Position numbers and translations under genes: made by a program. Below the pieces are notes generated by a model that worked only from the letters and a program-made list of their open reading frames with translations, made no database searches and was not told the DNA's origin. Below are positions 20,007-29,464 of a stretch of DNA of 64,000 bases, piece by piece (the stretch's first letter is position 1; each line of letters opens with the position of its first letter). The stretch is from contig BPJI01000001.1 of the NCBI GenBank assembly GCA_026004535.1, positions 324,523 through 388,522 on the forward strand. The letters are read 5' to 3'. The DNA comes from Candidatus Parcubacteria bacterium (lineage in GTDB: Bacteria > Patescibacteriota > Minisyncoccia > UBA6257 > HR35).

Positions 20007-21512
20007 ATGAATAAATTTTATTTATATCTTAACAAAGAGGATGAATTGGGAGAAATAATTGAAAAGATTAAAAGAGTGAAAGATAAAGAGATTATTTTAG
20101 TTGTTCCGGAAAAAACAAAAGCCTTATCTCATTCTACTAATTTTGAACTTTTTAAAAAAGAGATTCAAAGTTTAGATAAAAAAATTTATTTTAATACTGA
20201 TGACGAAAAGATAAAAAATTTAGCTAGACAAAATAAATTTCCAATCTTTTTAGAAGAAACAGAAGAAAGAATTTTTGATATTAAGCCACCTAAAAAAAAG
20301 AAAGAGTCCGAAGGAGAAATAACTTTTCAACCAACGAAGCCTAAATTAATATTTAATCTCAAAAAATTTTTCATCTATTTTTTAACATTATTTAGCTTAT
20401 CGATTTTAGGTTTTGTTGGTTTTCGACTTTTTCAAACACAAGCAGAAATAACGATTGAAACTCAAAAAACTCTTTATGATTTAAATGAAGTCATAACCTT
20501 AAAACAAGACCAGACTTTGCCGGATTATGAAAATAAGATTTTGCCTGCTAAATATTTTGAAGTAGATCTAATTAAAACAGAAACAATCAAAACAACTGGT
20601 CGAGTTTTTACTGATGAAAAACCTTATTTAAAAGTTATTTTTCTAAATTATTTAGAAAGAGAAATCCCATTAGTTGCTGGAACTAGGCTTAGTTTTGAGG
20701 GTAATCTCTTTAAAACAACAGAAAGAATAACTATTCCTTCGGCTAAAGATAATCAGCCTGGACAAAAATCTGTTTTAGCTTTACCAGTTAACTTAAAAGA
20801 TGAGACTTTGAAAATTAATAAGGGCGCTGATTTGAAAATTGTTGCCTGGGAAGAAAGTAGAGTAAAAACAGAGGATGGTAGTTTATTTATTGATGTTATT
20901 AAAGCTAAAGTCGAAGAAGATTATGATTATGGTGCTGTTACTAAAATTGGTTCAGTTGCGCCTCAGGATATAACTAATGTTAAATTAGCCCTAGAGGATT
21001 CATTGAAAAAAGCAGTTGCTAGTGATTTAGCCTTAAAAAATCCAGAGACATTTTATCTTTTCGAGCCAGATTTAGTTAACATAGAAATTACTAACATTTC
21101 ACATAATGTTGGAGATAAAACTGATCAGATTTCGGCAACTGGTAAAGCGACTTATGAGACAATGAAGACAAACAAAAAAGACTTTGATGATTTTGTTAAA
21201 AATTTGATTAATCAAGAAATTTTACGTCAAGAAAAAAAATTAATCATCAGTCAGTTAAGGATTGATAAAATTGAACTTTTAGATTTTGATGCTAAGAGAA
21301 AAATAATGACAATAGGTGTTAAGGGGCAAGCGATTTTGGTTCCTGATCTTGTTCCTGAGACTCTTAAAACAGCACTTCAAGGAAAAACAATTGAGGAAAC
21401 GAGGGATTATTTTAAGATTCCTGGTGTTGATAAAGTGACAATTAAAATTTTTCCTAATTGGAAAGAAAAATTACCCTCAGATCCTCAAAAAATTAAGATT
21501 GTCATAAAATAG
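20007..21512 (+). CDS. CPR-type membrane-anchored protein (baseplate J-like region)
   Basis: N-terminal domain, TM helix near aa 120-140, IPLVAGTR, C-terminal IFP.W...LP.DP..IKI. Confidence 0.6.
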   Translation: MNKFYLYLNKEDELGEIIEKIKRVKDKEIILVVPEKTKALSHSTNFELFKKEIQSLDKKIYFNTDDEKIKNLARQNKFPIFLEETEERIFDIKPPKKKKESEGEITFQPTKPKLIFNLKKFFIYFLTLFSLSILGFVGFRLFQTQAEITIETQKTLYDLNEVITLKQDQTLPDYENKILPAKYFEVDLIKTETIKTTGRVFTDEKPYLKVIFLNYLEREIPLVAGTRLSFEGNLFKTTERITIPSAKDNQPGQKSVLALPVNLKDETLKINKGADLKIVAWEESRVKTEDGSLFIDVIKAKVEEDYDYGAVTKIGSVAPQDITNVKLALEDSLKKAVASDLALKNPETFYLFEPDLVNIEITNISHNVGDKTDQISATGKATYETMKTNKKDFDDFVKNLINQEILRQEKKLIISQLRIDKIELLDFDAKRKIMTIGVKGQAILVPDLVPETLKTALQGKTIEETRDYFKIPGVDKVTIKIFPNWKEKLPSDPQKIKIVIK

Positions 21513-21593
21513 AAATTGTGCTATAATTATAACAGCTTCATAGCTAACCAGCTTCGTAGCTTCTTTAGAATTTTTGGTCGGAGTTAGAAAAGA

Positions 21594-21929
21594 ATGAAAA
21601 AAATGGAAAAGCCTGTTTATCAAGTTGTTTTAGAAAACATTTTGTCAAGCTTAGTTAATAATCCTCAAGAAGTAAAGGTCCAAAGAATTATTGATGAGAT
21701 GGGCGTTCTTTTAAAAATTAAACTCCATCCTCAAGATATGGGCCTTGTTATTGGTCGTAATGGTGAAACAATTAAGGCTGTTAAAACAATTATTAAAGCG
21801 ATTGGAACCAAAAATCACGCTCGCGTTAATATCAAAATTGAAGAACCAACTCCTCTTGATCGAGCCGTCGCCCAAAAAACTCTTAAAAGTGGAGAAATAA
21901 TTGAAGAGCTCAAAAAAGAAATTTCATGA
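21594..21929 (+). CDS. khpA: KH domain RNA-binding protein
   Basis: LVNNP..V...DMGLVIGRNGETIKAV. Confidence 0.9.
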   Translation: MKKMEKPVYQVVLENILSSLVNNPQEVKVQRIIDEMGVLLKIKLHPQDMGLVIGRNGETIKAVKTIIKAIGTKNHARVNIKIEEPTPLDRAVAQKTLKSGEIIEELKKEIS

Positions 21930-23893
21930 CAGATTATCGAGCTGAGCATATTCAAGTTTTAGAAGGCATTGAAGCGGTCAGAAAAAGACCAGGAATGTAC
22001 ATTGGTGGTACAGGTCTTGATGGATTGCATCATTTAATTTGGGAAATTGTTGCTAATAGTGTTGATGAAGCTTTGGCCGGTTATGCTAAAAATATCGAGG
22101 TAGTAATTGAAAGCGAAAATCGAATTAGGATCAGCGATGATGGTCGAGGTATTCCTGTTGAGATTCACCCTAAAACAAAAAAATCTGCCCTAGAGACAGT
22201 CTTAACCATACTTCACGCTGGCGGAAAATTTGATCAGAAAATTTATAAATCAGCTGGCGGTCTTCATGGTGTTGGCGTTAGTGTTGTTAATGCTTTATCA
22301 AAATATTTAAAAGCAATTGTTAAAAGAGATGGCTATGTTTGGACGCAAGAATATAAACAGGGAAGAGCAATAACTGAACTCAAAAAAGGAAAACCAAGCA
22401 AAGAAACAGGAACAACAATAATTTTTGAACCTGACCCACAGATCTTTCCTGAAATTAAATGGGAAACAAAAAGAATTTTAGATTATCTTCGTCATCAAGC
22501 CTATTTAACCCCGGGTTTGAGAATTAATTTTATTGATGAAAGAAATAACTTTCGTTATAGTTTTTATTTTGAAAAGGGCTTACAATCATTTTTTGAACAT
22601 TTAATTTTAAATAAAAATCCAGTAATTCAAGATTATATTTACTTTAATGAAAAAGGAGAAAATTTTCAATTAGAAGTGGCTTTTACCTATTTAGAAAATA
22701 ATGAGATCAATGAATACTTTTTTACTAATAATATCTTAAACGCTGAGGGAGGGACTCACCAATTGGGTTTTCGTTCGGCGTTGGTGAAAATATTTAATAA
22801 AGTTGGTAGCGAGTTGGGATTGATTAAAGAAACAAGTGGTCTAACAATTAATAGTGAAGATATTCGTGGTGGTTTGATTGTGATTTTATCTTTGAAAATT
22901 CCTGAGCCTCAATTTGAAGGTCAAACAAAAGCTAAACTTGGCAATCCTGAAGCAAAAAACATAGTCGAAGATGTAGTGAGTAGAAATTTAGAAGAATATT
23001 TACATAAGAATCCTGATAAAGCAAAAACAATTTTAAATCGTGTACTTTTAAACACTCAGGCGAGAAAAGCTGCTAAAGCTGCTCGTGAGACAATTTTTAA
23101 AAAAAGAATTCAAGCTGGTCTTACCTTATCTGGTAAATTAGCAGATTGTTCTTCTCGTGATCCAGAAAAAAGAGAGTTATTTGTGGTTGAGGGTGATTCT
23201 GCTGGTGGTTCAGCTAAACAAGGCAGAAATAGAATTTTTCAAGCGGTTTTGCCCTTACGAGGAAAAATTTTGAATGTTGAAAAAGCTAATTTGGAAAAAA
23301 TTTTAAAATCTCAAGAAATAAAAAATTTAATTATTGCTTTGGGCACAGGTTTTGGTAAAGATTTTAATTTAGAAGGTTTAAGATATTCAAAAATAATTAT
23401 AGCCACTGATGCTGATTCTGATGGTAATCATATACGAACATTGCTTTTAACTTTATTTTATAGATATATGAGGCCATTAATTGAGCAAGGTTTTATTTAT
23501 ATTGCCCAACCACCATTATATAAAATTCAAGTTGGCAAAGAAATTTACTATGCTTATTCTGATGCTGAAAAAGACAAAATAATCGCAGACTTGACGCAGA
23601 CCAAACGCAGAACTTCGCAGACCAAACGCAAACAATTACAAACCTTAGAAACTCAGGCTGAAAATAAATCTATTAATATTGATGTTCAAAGATATAAAGG
23701 TTTAGGTGAAATGAATCCTGAAGAACTTTGGGAGACAACCTTAAATCCTGAAAAAAGGGTCTTAAAGAAAGTGACAATTGAAGATGCTGAGGAGGCGGAT
23801 AGATTATTTACAATTTTGATGGGTCAGGAAGTCGAACCACGAAAATTATTTATTGAAACTTATGCTCAGGAAGTTAAGAATCTTGATATATGA
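21926..23893 (+). CDS. gyrB: DNA gyrase subunit B
   Basis: VRKRPGMYIG, GLHGVGVSVVNALS, EGDSAGGSAK, DADSDG, RYKGLGEMN. Confidence 0.96.
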   Translation: MTDYRAEHIQVLEGIEAVRKRPGMYIGGTGLDGLHHLIWEIVANSVDEALAGYAKNIEVVIESENRIRISDDGRGIPVEIHPKTKKSALETVLTILHAGGKFDQKIYKSAGGLHGVGVSVVNALSKYLKAIVKRDGYVWTQEYKQGRAITELKKGKPSKETGTTIIFEPDPQIFPEIKWETKRILDYLRHQAYLTPGLRINFIDERNNFRYSFYFEKGLQSFFEHLILNKNPVIQDYIYFNEKGENFQLEVAFTYLENNEINEYFFTNNILNAEGGTHQLGFRSALVKIFNKVGSELGLIKETSGLTINSEDIRGGLIVILSLKIPEPQFEGQTKAKLGNPEAKNIVEDVVSRNLEEYLHKNPDKAKTILNRVLLNTQARKAAKAARETIFKKRIQAGLTLSGKLADCSSRDPEKRELFVVEGDSAGGSAKQGRNRIFQAVLPLRGKILNVEKANLEKILKSQEIKNLIIALGTGFGKDFNLEGLRYSKIIIATDADSDGNHIRTLLLTLFYRYMRPLIEQGFIYIAQPPLYKIQVGKEIYYAYSDAEKDKIIADLTQTKRRTSQTKRKQLQTLETQAENKSINIDVQRYKGLGEMNPEELWETTLNPEKRVLKKVTIEDAEEADRLFTILMGQEVEPRKLFIETYAQEVKNLDI

Positions 23894-24425
23894 AAATTGG
23901 TTTGCGTTTGTTTTTTCGATCTTGATCACTTTTTTATTTTTTAAAAATATTTATCTAGCTTCATTTCTTTATTTTTTAGTTTTAACTTATTTTCTTGGTT
24001 CCTTGCCTCAAAGTTTATTTTTCAGCTTTGTCTTTCTACCTTTGATTTTTATCTTTAATCAACAAATTTCTTTGCCGTTAATTTCAACTTTAATTTTATT
24101 TCTGCTTATTTTTGGCTCGTTTAAAAAAACCAAATTTTTACCTTGGTTAATTGTAATTCTAATAACGCTTTTTCTTTTTTATTTTAATTTTTTAGAAAAA
24201 ATTAATTTACCCTTAACAATCTTTCTTTTTGTTCTGATTACTTTTTATTTTTCTCTTGTCTTTTTGCGCCTAGATGTTTTTACGGCCCTTATTTCTGCCC
24301 TCATTCTTTTAGAAGCTTCATTTTTGTTGCAATTTTTACCGGCATCTTTTTTTGTTAGAATTTTTATTATTTTACTTTTCTTGCTTCTGCTTTTAAAATT
24401 TGATATAATTAAAAAACTCCAATGA
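23853..24425 (+). CDS. hydrophobic membrane protein
   Basis: Almost entirely TM helices; start uncertain. Confidence 0.6.
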   Translation: MKLMLRKLRILIYENWFAFVFSILITFLFFKNIYLASFLYFLVLTYFLGSLPQSLFFSFVFLPLIFIFNQQISLPLISTLILFLLIFGSFKKTKFLPWLIVILITLFLFYFNFLEKINLPLTIFLFVLITFYFSLVFLRLDVFTALISALILLEASFLLQFLPASFFVRIFIILLFLLLLLKFDIIKKLQ

Positions 24426-25012
24426 CAAATTTAGTACCAATAGTAATTGAAAAAACACAATATGGCGAGAGAGCCTATGATATTTATTCAAGACTTTTGA
24501 AAGAAAGAATTATTTTCTTAGGCACTCCAATTAATGACATTGTTGCCAATAGTATTATTGCTCAGCTTTTATATTTGGAGCATGAAGATCCAGGTAAAGA
24601 TATTCATTTTTACATTCATAGTCCTGGCGGTGAACTGCCGGCTGCTTTAGCGATTTATGATACAATGCAATTTATTAAATGTGAGATTCGAACAATTGGT
24701 ATTGGTTTAGTTGCTTCGGCTGCCTCAATTTTGTTAGCCGCCGGAACAAAGGGAAAAAGATTTGCTTTACCTAATACAGAGATTTTGCTTCATCAGGTAA
24801 TGGCTGGTCCAATTGGTGGTCAGGCAGTTGAAATTGAAATTGCTGCTAAGGAAATTGTTAAGTTAAAAGAAAAAGTTAATAAAATTTTAGCTGAGCATAC
24901 TGGTCAACCTTTAGAAAGAATTGAAAAAGATACAGATAGGGATTTTTGGCTTTCAGCTGAAGAAGCAAAAAATTATGGTTTGATTGATAAAATTTTAGTT
25001 AAGCGGGCGTAG
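24422..25012 (+). CDS. clpP: ATP-dependent Clp protease proteolytic subunit
   Basis: [23 protein letters not shown]. Confidence 0.97.
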   Translation: MTNLVPIVIEKTQYGERAYDIYSRLLKERIIFLGTPINDIVANSIIAQLLYLEHEDPGKDIHFYIHSPGGELPAALAIYDTMQFIKCEIRTIGIGLVASAASILLAAGTKGKRFALPNTEILLHQVMAGPIGGQAVEIEIAAKEIVKLKEKVNKILAEHTGQPLERIEKDTDRDFWLSAEEAKNYGLIDKILVKRA

Positions 25013-25077
25013 TTCAGCCAGGTTAGAACGCTGCCCTGTCACGGCAGAGGTCGCCGGTTCAAATCCGGTCGCCCGCG
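25003..25077 (+). tRNA. tRNA-Asp(GTC)
   Basis: GCGGGCG/CGCCCGC stem, CTGCC-CTGTCAC-GGCAG anticodon arm, GGTTCAAATCC. Confidence 0.95.
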
Positions 25078-25758
25078 CTAAATAATTCTTTTTGATTGTT
25101 TTTTCCTCCACTCATCAATTAATTTATGATTTCCGGAAAGCAAAACTTTCGGCACTCTTAAAATCATTTCTTTTTTCTTGAATCTTGAATCATGTATCTT
25201 GATTCTTACTTCCTCCGGTCTTGTATAAACAGAATAAGAATACAATCCCTTGTCCCATCTTTTTTCTTCTAATGATAATGGATGATGCAATACTCCAGGT
25301 AAATGGCGGGAAACAGCATCAACAATGACCATTGCTGGCAATTCACCTCCAGTTAAAACATATTTGCCAATTGAAATTTTTAAATCAACAAATTTTTCAA
25401 TTCGAGCATCAATGCCTTCATAATGACCGCAAATAATAATCAATTGTTTTTCTTGGGCTAATTTCCGAGCTAAGTTTTGATTAAAAATTTCCCCAGCTGG
25501 ATGGGTTAAAATAATTTTTCTTTTCTTAGTTTTAGTTGCTTTTTTAGCTGCTTCTAAAGCTTTATAAACGGGTTCAAATTTAATCACCATTCCTGGCCCA
25601 CCACCATAGGGCTTATCATCCAGTCCATGAGGTTGGGAAAATTTTTTTAAATCAAAAAAGCTTATCTTGATAAGCTTTTTTTCTTGTGCCTTTTTTAAAA
25701 TTGATGTTTCTAAATAAGAGAAAGCTTCAGGAAAAAGAGTAATAATATCAAAAAACAT
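25078..25758 (-). CDS. trmD: tRNA (guanine-N1)-methyltransferase
   Basis: FDIITLFPE, DDKPYGGGPGMV, CGHYEGID.R, YVLTGGE; start moved to ATG 25758. Confidence 0.96.
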   Translation of the reverse strand: MFFDIITLFPEAFSYLETSILKKAQEKKLIKISFFDLKKFSQPHGLDDKPYGGGPGMVIKFEPVYKALEAAKKATKTKKRKIILTHPAGEIFNQNLARKLAQEKQLIIICGHYEGIDARIEKFVDLKISIGKYVLTGGELPAMVIVDAVSRHLPGVLHHPLSLEEKRWDKGLYSYSVYTRPEEVRIKIHDSRFKKKEMILRVPKVLLSGNHKLIDEWRKKQSKRII

Positions 25759-25762
25759 CTTC

Positions 25763-25886
25763 TGCCGGGAGTGGGATTCGAATACGGTAAACTCCACGCT
25801 TGTGGTAAGACATCGTTCTCTCGCTCTCGTTAATATTAAGTGCTATTTGTTCGCTGGTTTGTAGTGGGTTCTCATCCCACTCCACT
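25763..25886 (-). repeat. tRNA-associated element (second copy)
   Basis: On the minus strand: GGAGTGGGATGAGAACCC...AGCACTT...TAACG...GAGTTTACCGTA then a 20-bp duplicate of the tRNA 3' end. Confidence 0.8.
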
Positions 25887-25959
25887 TGCCGGGAGTGGGA
25901 TTCGAACCCACGACCTGGCGCTTATGAGACGCCCGCTCTAACCCCTGAGCTATCCCGGC
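25887..25959 (-). tRNA. tRNA with CAT anticodon (elongator Met or Ile2)
   Basis: GCCGGGA/TCCCGGC stem, loop CTCATAA; paired 1-72 position argues against initiator. Confidence 0.93.
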
Positions 25960-26199
25960 TATTATATCTAATTATAACTTAAAAGTTTTTTAGTTAAATA
26001 TTTTCAAGTTAAAGAGCTCACAAGAACATAAAGTAAGACATACGATGTCTTACTATTAATAGATTAGTAAATTATAAATTATATTTTATAATAATAATAA
26101 TTTTATAATAATAATAAATTAAATAATAATGAATCAGGAAAAGTCGAGGTTAATAAATTTAATAAATATTTCGAACATAAGATGTCCGAATATTAAAAG

Positions 26200-27819
26200 A
26201 TGAAACTTCATAATTTTTACTTCCTACTTATTACTTCTTTTTTCGTCGCTATTCTTTTTTCTTCTTACTTTATAATTTTTCAACCATCTTATGCTTGGAT
26301 AAATCCATCCCAAAATCCACCCTTAGGAGGCGGAGTATTACAAACAGACACTTCTGGTTTAAAAATTGTCACCACAACTCAGATCACTTCAGGAAATTTT
26401 ACAGTCAACACCGGCAACGTCGGCATCGGGACGGCAAACCCAAATAGTAAACTTCAAATTGATGATCAATCTGCTTCTCATTATATTGGTCGTTATGATC
26501 CAACTTGTTGTGGATCTTCACAAATCCCAGCGAATCAATTTAGAGGTTTTACAGTATTTTGGAATACAGATTTAGCAATGTTTGGGTTAAGAGATTATGG
26601 AGGCGACAGAAAAGATGTGGTAATAAATAATGAACAAGGAGGGGATAATATTAGATTTCAAATCGCAGGTTCTGATGTAATGTTTATAAGAGGAAGTGAC
26701 GGCAACGTCGGCATCGGGACGACAGCACCAGGGGCAACTGCACGTAGCTTCAGGACTAATTGAAACTGGCACTAGAAGCGTAAAACAGTAATTAAATGTA
26801 GATTCTTGCGGAACAACAAGAGTTACAAGCGTTCTAATGGAATCTGGGCGCTGATTTAGTGGTGGATCGGGATGAATGGTTTATTGGTCGCAAGATAGAG
26901 ATGGCGGAGAAGCAAGCTTAGTTTAGAATGTCGGAACGATGCCAATGATCATATAGCTCTAATGCCTCCGGCAACGTCGGCATCGGGACGACGCATCCGT
27001 GAACAAAGTTGGATGTAGTAGGCTCGATCTAGAACTTAGCAGCTAGTCTCACTCTCTCAGCTATGGTTTGATTGGACAAACTCAAAGCTACGATTTACTT
27101 CGCTCAAGCAGATTACAATCCTGAGCAGTATTACTGGGTTGGTAGCTGAGTTAAATCAAATATGGCACAATAGGGTTATCTGGTGCAAGGAAGCTCTAGT
27201 GGACTTTTGACTTATAGACAGTGGTCTTCAGGAAAGATTGGACTCGGCAGGTGGATACATCAGTTAGCGTTCATGGTTCAAGTGGATAACTTATCTGGCA
27301 TGGATATAGCCAACTACTGGTTCTTGGAGGGAATTGGGCAAGATCTCTTCGATACAGCAAATGTAGGTAAAACATCTAGTTTCTGCAGAATAGATGGAAC
27401 TGGCGATTCCTATATTATGCGGCAACGTCGGCATCGGGACGACAGCACCAGGGTATAAATTAGATGTTGCTGGAGATGTGCATGGAACAAGTTTTCCTGT
27501 TTCTTCTGATATAAGATTTAAGACTAATCTTGAGAAATTAGATAATGTTTTAGCTAAATTAGAAAATATTAATGCTTATAAATTTGATTGGAATGAGTTG
27601 TATCAGAAATTGGGAAGAAGTGATAATCGCAGACATATTGGAGTAATTGCTCAAGAAATTGAAAAGGAATTTCCTGAATTAGTGAGTGAATGGGAGCAAG
27701 ATGGAGTAAAATATAAAGCAGTTGATTATTCAAGATTGACGGTAGTTTTGCTTGAAGCAATCAAAGAACAGCAAAAACAGATTGAGGAATTAAAAAGACA
27801 GCTTTCAGTTTTCAGGTAG
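26200..27819 (+). pseudogene. third fibre-like gene with GNVGIG modules and S74 chaperone; frame broken at about 26740-27420
   Basis: Clean N-terminal ORF 26200-26763 and clean C-terminal S74-type ORF ending 27819; four GGCAACGTCGGCATCGGGACG boxes; could be a consensus artefact rather than a true pseudogene. Confidence 0.7.
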
Positions 27820-27861
27820 TCGGGTTTCAGCTTCACGGCTTTTTAGGTTATAATTGAGGTG

Positions 27862-28283
27862 ATGAAAAAGATAGAGCAGAAATTGAAGAAAAATATTTTA
27901 AGAATAATTGGTAAATATTTGGATTTAAAAAAATATAAAGTTTTCTTTTTTGGTTCAAGGGTGAGTGGGAATTTATAAGCTTGATATTGTTGATTTTAAA
28001 AGCGTGAGTAAAGATTTTTATAAAGTAGCAAAACAGAAAATTGAATTTATTAATAAATGACAAAGATTGATTCTTTAAAAAAACAATTTGAAAAATCTTT
28101 AAATCAGTTTGAAAAAGTTTTAAAGAAAAAGAAAACAGAATTTATTTGTGATTCAGCAATTAAAAGGTTTAAGAAATTTTTCAGTTCATCTTTATGACTA
28201 AAAATTTGCTGATGATTTGTATAAAAGATTGCCAAAAATTTTAGAGATGTTTAAAAAATTACAAAAAAGTTTAGAATAATTAA
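27862..28283 (+). pseudogene. degraded MNT nucleotidyltransferase plus HEPN (HI0074-like) pair
   Basis: KVFFFGSRV.G fragment, then MTKIDSLKKQFEKSL...DSAIKRF fragment with internal deletions. Confidence 0.65.
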
Positions 28284-28304
28284 ATTGGTCAGGGTTAATT
28301 TGAA

Positions 28305-28442
28305 ATACCGGATATTAGTTAACCAGATATTAACCAGATAATATTTATCTACCCTGATGTTAACCGGATAAGTTACCCGGATTATAACCAGATAATATCT
28401 GGTAGACATCAGGGTAATTCATCTGGTAGTAATCTGGGTAGT
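28305..28442. repeat. degenerate ACC(G/A)GAT mirror array B
   Basis: accggat/accagat units, then atctggt/atcagggt units. Confidence 0.8.
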
Positions 28443-28447
28443 ACATA

Positions 28448-28969
28448 ATGAATCAGATAAATTGGAAGAGGGTTTGGGCCACGGTCGGAGTAGCTATGGG
28501 AGTATTAATTATCGGTTTTTTGGTTTGGTATTTATTTTCCAAGCCTTCACCAGTCGTTCAAAAACAAGAACAAAAATTACCCGGAGGATTGACAGCCGAA
28601 GATTTGAAAAAAATTCCAGTCCCTGAACCAGGAGAAAAAGTTGAACAAAAAGTTGCTGTTCCCAAAGAAGCTGTAAAAGCAGGCCCAGAAACTGAAAGTA
28701 AATTAAGAATTTTTGAAATTAAAGGAGAAAATGGAACAATTTCACCAGTAATGTTTCGTGCTTATCAAAATGATATTATTAATATAAAATTAACTGCAGT
28801 TGATAAGGATTATGAGTTAAGATTGGAAGGTTATAATCTTGAGGTTAAAGCACAAAAAGGAGAAACAAAAACAATTGAATTTCAAGTTCTCAATCCAGGA
28901 GTTTTTAATTTATATTGTTCGGAATGTAGAACAGAGAAAGTGGGAAATGTGATTGTGGTTCCGAGATAG
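28448..28969 (+). CDS. membrane-anchored cupredoxin-domain protein
   Basis: TM helix, then G.TKTIEF....PGVFNLYCSEC. Confidence 0.75.
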   Translation: MNQINWKRVWATVGVAMGVLIIGFLVWYLFSKPSPVVQKQEQKLPGGLTAEDLKKIPVPEPGEKVEQKVAVPKEAVKAGPETESKLRIFEIKGENGTISPVMFRAYQNDIINIKLTAVDKDYELRLEGYNLEVKAQKGETKTIEFQVLNPGVFNLYCSECRTEKVGNVIVVPR

Positions 28970-28994
28970 CTTTCAGGTAGTCAGCTTTCAGCTT

Positions 28995-29378
28995 TCAGGT
29001 TTCAGCTTTCAATTTTGAGATCATTTTATTTAGCATTTTCATTACATCTTTTAAAAGTAAATCCACCTTAGAGTAATCGATATTTTTTGTTTCTTTCAAT
29101 CTTTTGGCTATTTCTAAATGTGTTTCTAATTCAGCAGACGAGGCATAAGCAATTTTTAAAAATTGGACAAAGTCTCTTCTTGTTCTTCGAGATCGTCCTT
29201 CAGCTATATTGGCTGGAATAGAAACAGCCGCTCTCTTGATTTGGCTTACCAATCCATATATTTCTTCTTTAGGAAAATGTTTAGTTAGTTCATAAATTGC
29301 AATGACTAATTCAATAGCTTTTTGCCATACAAGTAAATCACGATAAGATAGAATTTGCCTGTCAGGAGTTTTTCTCAT
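28995..29378 (-). CDS. four-helix-bundle protein (TIGR02436 / 23S-IVP-like)
   Basis: SYRDLLVWQKA, FPKEE.YGL.SQ..RAAVSIPANIAEG, ELETHL; flanked by AGCT heptad arrays. Confidence 0.92.
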   Translation of the reverse strand: MRKTPDRQILSYRDLLVWQKAIELVIAIYELTKHFPKEEIYGLVSQIKRAAVSIPANIAEGRSRRTRRDFVQFLKIAYASSAELETHLEIAKRLKETKNIDYSKVDLLLKDVMKMLNKMISKLKAET

Positions 29379-29464
29379 ATAATAATTTTATCAAAAATAT
29401 TTCACTGAAAGCTGACAGCTAATTAATTATATGAAAGCTGACAGCTAATTCCCTGAAAGCTAGG

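Noticed and set aside
6832-27819. Prophage, suggested by tail-fibre/S74 and baseplate-like domains
   Set aside because: No capsid, terminase, portal or integrase; the genes have signal or TM segments and sit among housekeeping genes
28995-29378. Diversity-generating retroelement, suggested by Avd-like proteins and near-identical repeats
   Set aside because: No reverse transcriptase in the window and no repeat pair differing specifically at adenines
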